A DNA stretch of 64,000 nucleotides from the human T2T-CHM13v2.0 reference genome, Homo sapiens. This document shows, piece after piece, positions 58,678 through 64,000 of the stretch; the stretch's first letter is position 1, and each line of letters opens with the position of its first letter. The notes beneath the pieces are model-generated. The model was not told the origin of the DNA, did not search any database, and worked only from the letters and a program-made list of their open reading frames with translations. Location of the stretch: the NCBI RefSeq assembly GCF_009914755.1, contig NC_060926.1. One strand, given 5' to 3'. A program made the translations under genes and the position numbers.

Positions 58678-59513
58678 CTCATATTTTTTGTTTAGCTGTG
58701 CAGCTGTCTTCTTATTCTTGGCATATTCATGCATCTATTTAGTTTTACTTTTTTTCTGTCATTGCTAGGCATCTGGAGTGTGTGGCAAAAAGGGTGTGTG
58801 TGTTTCATGTGATTCAAGTTTTTAATTGCATATTGATTTGAAGTGTTTAGTTATTTACTCTGTGTAGAATTCATTTTCTATATGTGATATGAGATATGAA
58901 TCTCATTTTACTATTTTTTCAAAATAGATAGTCTATCATCTTCATACAATTAATTGAATAAGCTGTCATGTCCTCTTTGATTTGCAACCATTCAGGAAAA
59001 ATATTGACATTATCCTTAAGATACCTCTTTCCTTCACTCCTTCATCCAGTAGATCACAGAGTCTTGTAGAATTTAACCATTAATTTGGAAAGGTAAAGAA
59101 GGCCTCTTCCTCTTATCCTCCTCATGCCCCCTTCCCAACCCCACACAGAGTTTTCTTACAGTTCCCTGCATGAGTTATGGCCAAGGGTAGCTAATGACAA
59201 ATTGAGCTTGATTATTTCACATATAGAGCTTTCCAAGGGTTAAACTTTAATGTGCTTTGGGCCTGGACTCATTTCTGTTGTCCATTTAAGTTGATTCTAT
59301 GTCTTCTTTTTTGGGCCAAGCTGCACTTTACTCATGTGTCATGGAATAGGCATTAGGGTGAATGCTCTCTCTCTCTCTCTCTTCCTCATCATTCTGTCCT
59401 TTGTCACTCTTCATATGGCCCTCAAGTTGTACAGTCATATATTCTCATGTTCAGGGTTGAAATTAGATCAAAGAAGCCACTTAGATAAAGGTAGTGTTTT
59501 GAGTATACTCTTG

Positions 59514-59965
59514 TTGTAGGCACTGTAATACTGCCCATATCCTTCTCTAGGAATCAAGAATTTATTACTTCATCTCTTAGGAGTGTTGCTGACCTTCAGC
59601 TATTGGTTCCCTTGGATAACTGCCTCTGCTCAAGATACTCACTCAGTATCATGCCCACTTCTTAGGATGGCCCATAGCCAGTGAATAATCAATGGGAGGT
59701 TATAATGACCTGATTCTCATCTAAACTCACGACATTCCTGAGAGGTCACTAAATTTTAAAATTCTCTGTATAGTTGGATGTCTTACCCTGCGAATACATC
59801 ACAGTGCAACTTTTTTTTCTGCTCATTCCTACTTGCTTCCTACCCCTTTCCTTTCATTTTCTTAACTTTCCTTTCCTTCCCCTGGTTTTACATCTGAGAG
59901 CACTCTTTAATAAATCTCTGAAATGTAATCTCTGTGTCTTGTTATTAGAAATTCAAACCTGCAAC
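59514..59965 (+). mobile_element. LTR16A-like (ERVL) solo LTR
   Basis: TGTAGGCACTGTAATACTGCCCA...GGCCCATAGCCAGTGA...CTGAGAGCACTCTTTAATAAATCTCTG...CAAACCTGCAAC. Confidence 0.7.
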
Positions 59966-60619
59966 TCTGTATTAGAGTTCTGCTTTAGAGCCATTAAGGC
60001 AGAGCCACTGGTCAATATAAAGTGACATAGTGCTATACTGATTATTTACCTGGGCACATCTCTCTCTTTTGGTACTCTGTGGAACAACTGATATAAAGTT
60101 GAATTAACATAATAATTGGTTTGATCTCACATGTTGTCTTTTGAAATTATAATTTTGCCTTTTATTATGTTTATTTTTAATTTTTAAGATTACAAAGCAA
60201 TTTAGATATACTCTAGACAGTTATAAAATACAGAAAAAATAGTAAAGTGCAATAAAAATATCAGATTTTCACAATCTATAGGTTACTATTGTTAACACCT
60301 AAAATTATATTCTTCCACATAGTTATCTATGTATCTACATAAATGTATATGTATTTTTGTCACAAAGATCATAGTGTACCTACTCTTTTGTAATCTATCC
60401 TCTTTTAGACAATGATTCTGACTATTATATTTCAATACATTTTCTTAGAATACCAAGTCTATATTCACATTTCCCCAGTTGTCAAAATGTCCTATATTGT
60501 TGATATCATTATATCAGGGACAGACCTTGTATCTGGCTGTTTTTTCTCTAAATATTTTTAAATTAAATTAGATAAAACTCCCTACACCCCAATGTGCAAT
60601 TATAGTATTATTTTAGCCA

Positions 60620-60870
60620 TCTTAATAGTGTGGTTCAAACCCTGGATTTAGACCACATAATGTCTAATTCTAGTCCATTTACTTGTTAGTCATGCTCCTT
60701 CTGTAATGTTTCTATAATCTTTCTATGAATCAGTTTCCCTGTATGTAAAATAGAAAAGATATTATTACCTATCCCATTCAGTTATTTTCATTATTAAATA
60801 AAATAATACGGGTAAAAGGCCTAGAACAGTGTGTGACACATTATCATTGTTCTACTCTTATTAACTATTA
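60620..60870 (+). mobile_element. MIR SINE
   Basis: TAGTGTGGTT...ATCAGTTTCCCTGTATGTAAAATAG...TACCTATC...GTAAAAGGCCTAGAACAGTGTGTGACACA. Confidence 0.7.
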
Positions 60871-60929
60871 ATACTTTCATTGCAATTTTGCTGCTAACTC
60901 AATCAACCCTCAATAATGCCTCCTAAACA

Positions 60930-61622
60930 GCTCCATAATCCATTCATTGTTCTCATTGTCAATGTTTGCCTCTAATCAAGTATCACCATAGCTTCAGAAG
61001 CAGAATACCTATATCCAATATTTTTCCTTTCCAAATAATTCATCATGTTGCAACCAGGATAATTTTCTTAGCACAATTCTGATAATGACAATTAGCCTGG
61101 TTTAAATATCTTCATGAATTATATTGTAATTCTTATTATAAAGTCTAAATTCATTGCCATATTTTATAGAACGATTTCTGATCTAATCCTCCCCTGTCCC
61201 TTTACTCTCTTCTCTCCCCTCTCAAAACTTTCCTTTTCAAGTTTCTCAGGTATTCTGTGCTGTCACACACCTTTGGAACCTGAAAGATGGTATCACCATT
61301 GCCTGAAATGGTTCCTCTTTTTTCTTGCTGAATCTTGTCTGGTTTACTTCCCTAGTCTCAGCTGGGATGTTTGTTCTGCTGTTAAATCTTCTTTTATTCC
61401 CTAGACTCAATTGGATGACCTTATTATGCTCTGCATTGAGTCTTCTTCACCATTGTTAAGTCTCAATTGATTATAATTGCATGTTTAAACTCTTGTCTCT
61501 AATCACTTTTGTAGAAATAGAGGAAATATATCTGTTTTATACATTATTGTTTCCCCAATACCAAGAACATGCTATAGGCTCGCTAAATACCTGTTATATG
61601 AATCACTGATTAAATGAACAAA
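60930..61622 (+). mobile_element. Degraded L2 3' end
   Basis: GCAACCAGGATAATTTTCT...GCCTGAAATGGTTC...TTTCCCCAATACCAAGAACATG...GCTCGCTAAATAC...TAAATGAA. Confidence 0.55.
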
Positions 61623-61895
61623 AAAGGAGGCTCAGGAGATAATGATTGTTTGTCTTTAGTAATTCAAATTTGTGACTAAAAGAGTACTTTTTAAATAAAT
61701 ATTTGTAATGGATCTTACAGACTGATGAATGTGAAGCTTAAAAAGTTTAGCAAGAAAGAGTTTCTGGCATGATGTAAGGAACTAGAAAAGTAGAGGACAA
61801 ATGACTGAACATGTGAAAACAATTCCCTGTAAGGCTGAAAGAGGAAATGAAAATAAATGGGCTTTACTTTCTTATATGGTTTTTTTCACCTAATT

Positions 61896-61933
<38 letters not shown>
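61896..61933. repeat. (AAC)12 microsatellite
   Basis: Perfect AAC trinucleotide run. Confidence 0.95.
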
Positions 61934-62224
61934 AAATTGGGGCTCTATTGAGGTCATTCATTTTCAAGAGGAATGGGATAATTAGATATGATAAAAATAA
62001 GAGACTTGGGATAAAATCAGTCATCTTCTTGTTTATCTTAGAACAATGTTAAATGGAAGTTTCAGGCATCTACTGGTTCTGAGCAACTATATAATTTCAG
62101 TGCTTAAACAAATAATTGGGCTGGTCAGGAGAAGAGAAAGTGGAGCCTGCAGGTTTACTCTACATTTTGGGTTAAGTGGCAAGAATTGAGTAGGCTTTTC
62201 CAATTTCTTATTTTATAGTAGTAA

Positions 62225-64000
62225 CATATATCTCCTCTCCTTGCAGCTGGGCAGGCTTTTGAGTACTTCGGCCAGTAGAATAAGTAAACATGGTTACATA
62301 CAGTTTCTGGCCTCAAACCTTGAGAGATTGGTACTTAATACTTTTAATGCTTGTGATACCATGAAAGAAGTCTGATTACTCTCAGACCACAGCACTAGAA
62401 AGGCCAAATGTAGCTACTCTGGTTGACTGGAGGAGTGAGCTCAGTCATTCAGCCATTCTTGAAAAAATGCCAGATATGTAAGGGGTACCTTCTTGGATTC
62501 TCCAAATTTGCCTATCTACAGTTGAACACTAATGAGTGACCAATTCAATGCCACAAAGAATAAATTAATTTCTCTATCTAAAATTCTGAACCACAAAATC
62601 ATGAGATGAACCATAAAATCATGAGATGATAAGATATTTGGTTTAATACATTAATGTTAAGGAACTGTGTATGTAGCAATAAAAGGCCAAAATAAAATTT
62701 AGCATCTAGAAGTAGGGTGTTGCCTAAAACTTGTGACTTTATTTTTGTGATGGAGTGACAGATAGGAGCTGGAAGGGCATCATAGAAACGGTTAGTAAGG
62801 ACATTAAAAAGAGTGAGGAAATGCTGCTGGAGGCTAGACAAAGGGTACCAGATGTCTCCAGCAGTAAAATGGGAAATAAAAAGGTCACTTAATGATCTGG
62901 CCAAGGCAGGGATTTGACTTCCGGTTGCCTATGATAAAAGAGAAGAATGCAATAAATGAAAGGAGGAGCTGTTCGATTTTTAAGTAGAATTTAGAGAAAA
63001 TATATGGGTGCCAGTTCTGAAAATAAAACTGTTTCTCATCCTTGGTCTCTCCCACCAAGAGAATCTCAATTTTGAATGTTGTCAGGGCAAAACTGAAATG
63101 TAGAACAGCTAGCAGTAAGCATGGCTTAAGGTTAAAAATCACGTGTTGTACTGTGGGAACTTTTTTGATATATCAGAAAAATTTAAGGGCCAGCACAGTA
63201 GGACTTCAAAAATTCTTAGTACCTCCTCTTAGACATCATCTCTGATAGGATGAGAAAGGGTCTACAAGTCTTAGATAAGGCTACCAGAATGTCTCAATAC
63301 GCCAATGACTTAGAAGAATCTTAAGAACATTTTCCTGTAGGATTCTGACTATTAGCTCAAGGTAGAGAAGGGCCTGTCTCAGAATTTGTTTAGTAGAGTG
63401 AATTGTAATTTGATACACAAGGAACCCTCGCGATTCTAAAAGAATTAAATCAGCTTAGATTGAATGTGACAGAGACAGTGCAAAATGAAAAGGGGTCTTG
63501 GGACCTCCAAATTTCAGTAAAGACAAGGCAGGCTGAGAAGCTACACAGTTATGAATATAGCATTTCAAATGCATGTGATACATGAACTAGAGGGCAGAAA
63601 CAAGGGCTCAGAGGGTACTGTCAAGAATTATCCTGGAGATTAGTACTGGGCCTTAATCAAAGAGTAGAAGTCATGTGCCTGATTAGATTTCAGAAATGTC
63701 ATGGACTTGTTACTGCTGTGTCTAAGTCTCAGCATTGAATGTTATGTGTGTGGGGGACAAATTATTTGCTTCACAGATACTCAGAATGAGAGATGCTTTA
63801 CCTGAGGAAGCAAACCTGAGAAGGCTCATCTCCTTCTGGATGTGATTTAGGTGACAAGATCGAGGAATTTGAACAAATACTATAATGGGAGGAGACATTG
63901 GGGGTCACAGGAGTAGATAAGTGTATTTGATATGGAGGAAAAAATAATTTGCAGCCAGAGAGAAGCCTATGGCTAATTAAAGATAGTCACAGTATTTTAA
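62225..64000 (+). mobile_element. MLT1G/H-like MaLR element: 5' LTR to ~62695, internal region, start of 3' LTR at ~63968
   Basis: LTR end ACCACAAAATCATGAGA...TATGTAGCAATAAAAGGCCAAAATA, then internal start AAATTTAGCATCTAGAAGTAGGGTGTTGCC. The second LTR start TATGGCTAATTAAAGATAGTCAC is at the window edge. Confidence 0.7.

Noticed and set aside
62587-62628. 20-bp tandem duplication TGAACCA(C/T)AAAATCATGAGA
   Set aside because: A simple slippage duplication inside an old MLT1 LTR, with no functional indication.

Overview
AT-rich primate (most likely human or great ape) intergenic or deep-intronic DNA made up largely of interspersed repeats. I see no host protein-coding gene, RNA gene or CRISPR array. 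The long ORFs in the supplied track are LINE-1 ORF1/ORF2/ORF0 remnants or chance ORFs in LTR, Alu and simple sequence. Contents: a cluster of three primate L1s at 8.1-18.9 kb (two minus-strand 3' pieces and one plus-strand element with an intact 5'UTR but no 3' end); a near-full-length old L1PA15/16-type element at 26-32.6 kb; four Alus; a dense LTR cluster at 35.6-41.4 kb (solo HERV-H LTR7, MER72-like, MER57, THE1 with nested LTR12, MSTB); a complete THE1D-type MaLR provirus; ERVL/MaLR relics; DNA-transposon fossils (MER6A, MER5A, Charlie1, MADE1, Tigger3, MER53); and MIR/L2 relics. Repeat names come from recalled consensus sequences, not a search. I found no convincing new biological system. 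The best leads are structural or regulatory: an ~835-bp inverted L1 pair sharing two non-consensus substitutions, a head-to-head L1 junction where the antisense promoter and an open ORF0 face an older L1, and early-embryo-type LTRs.
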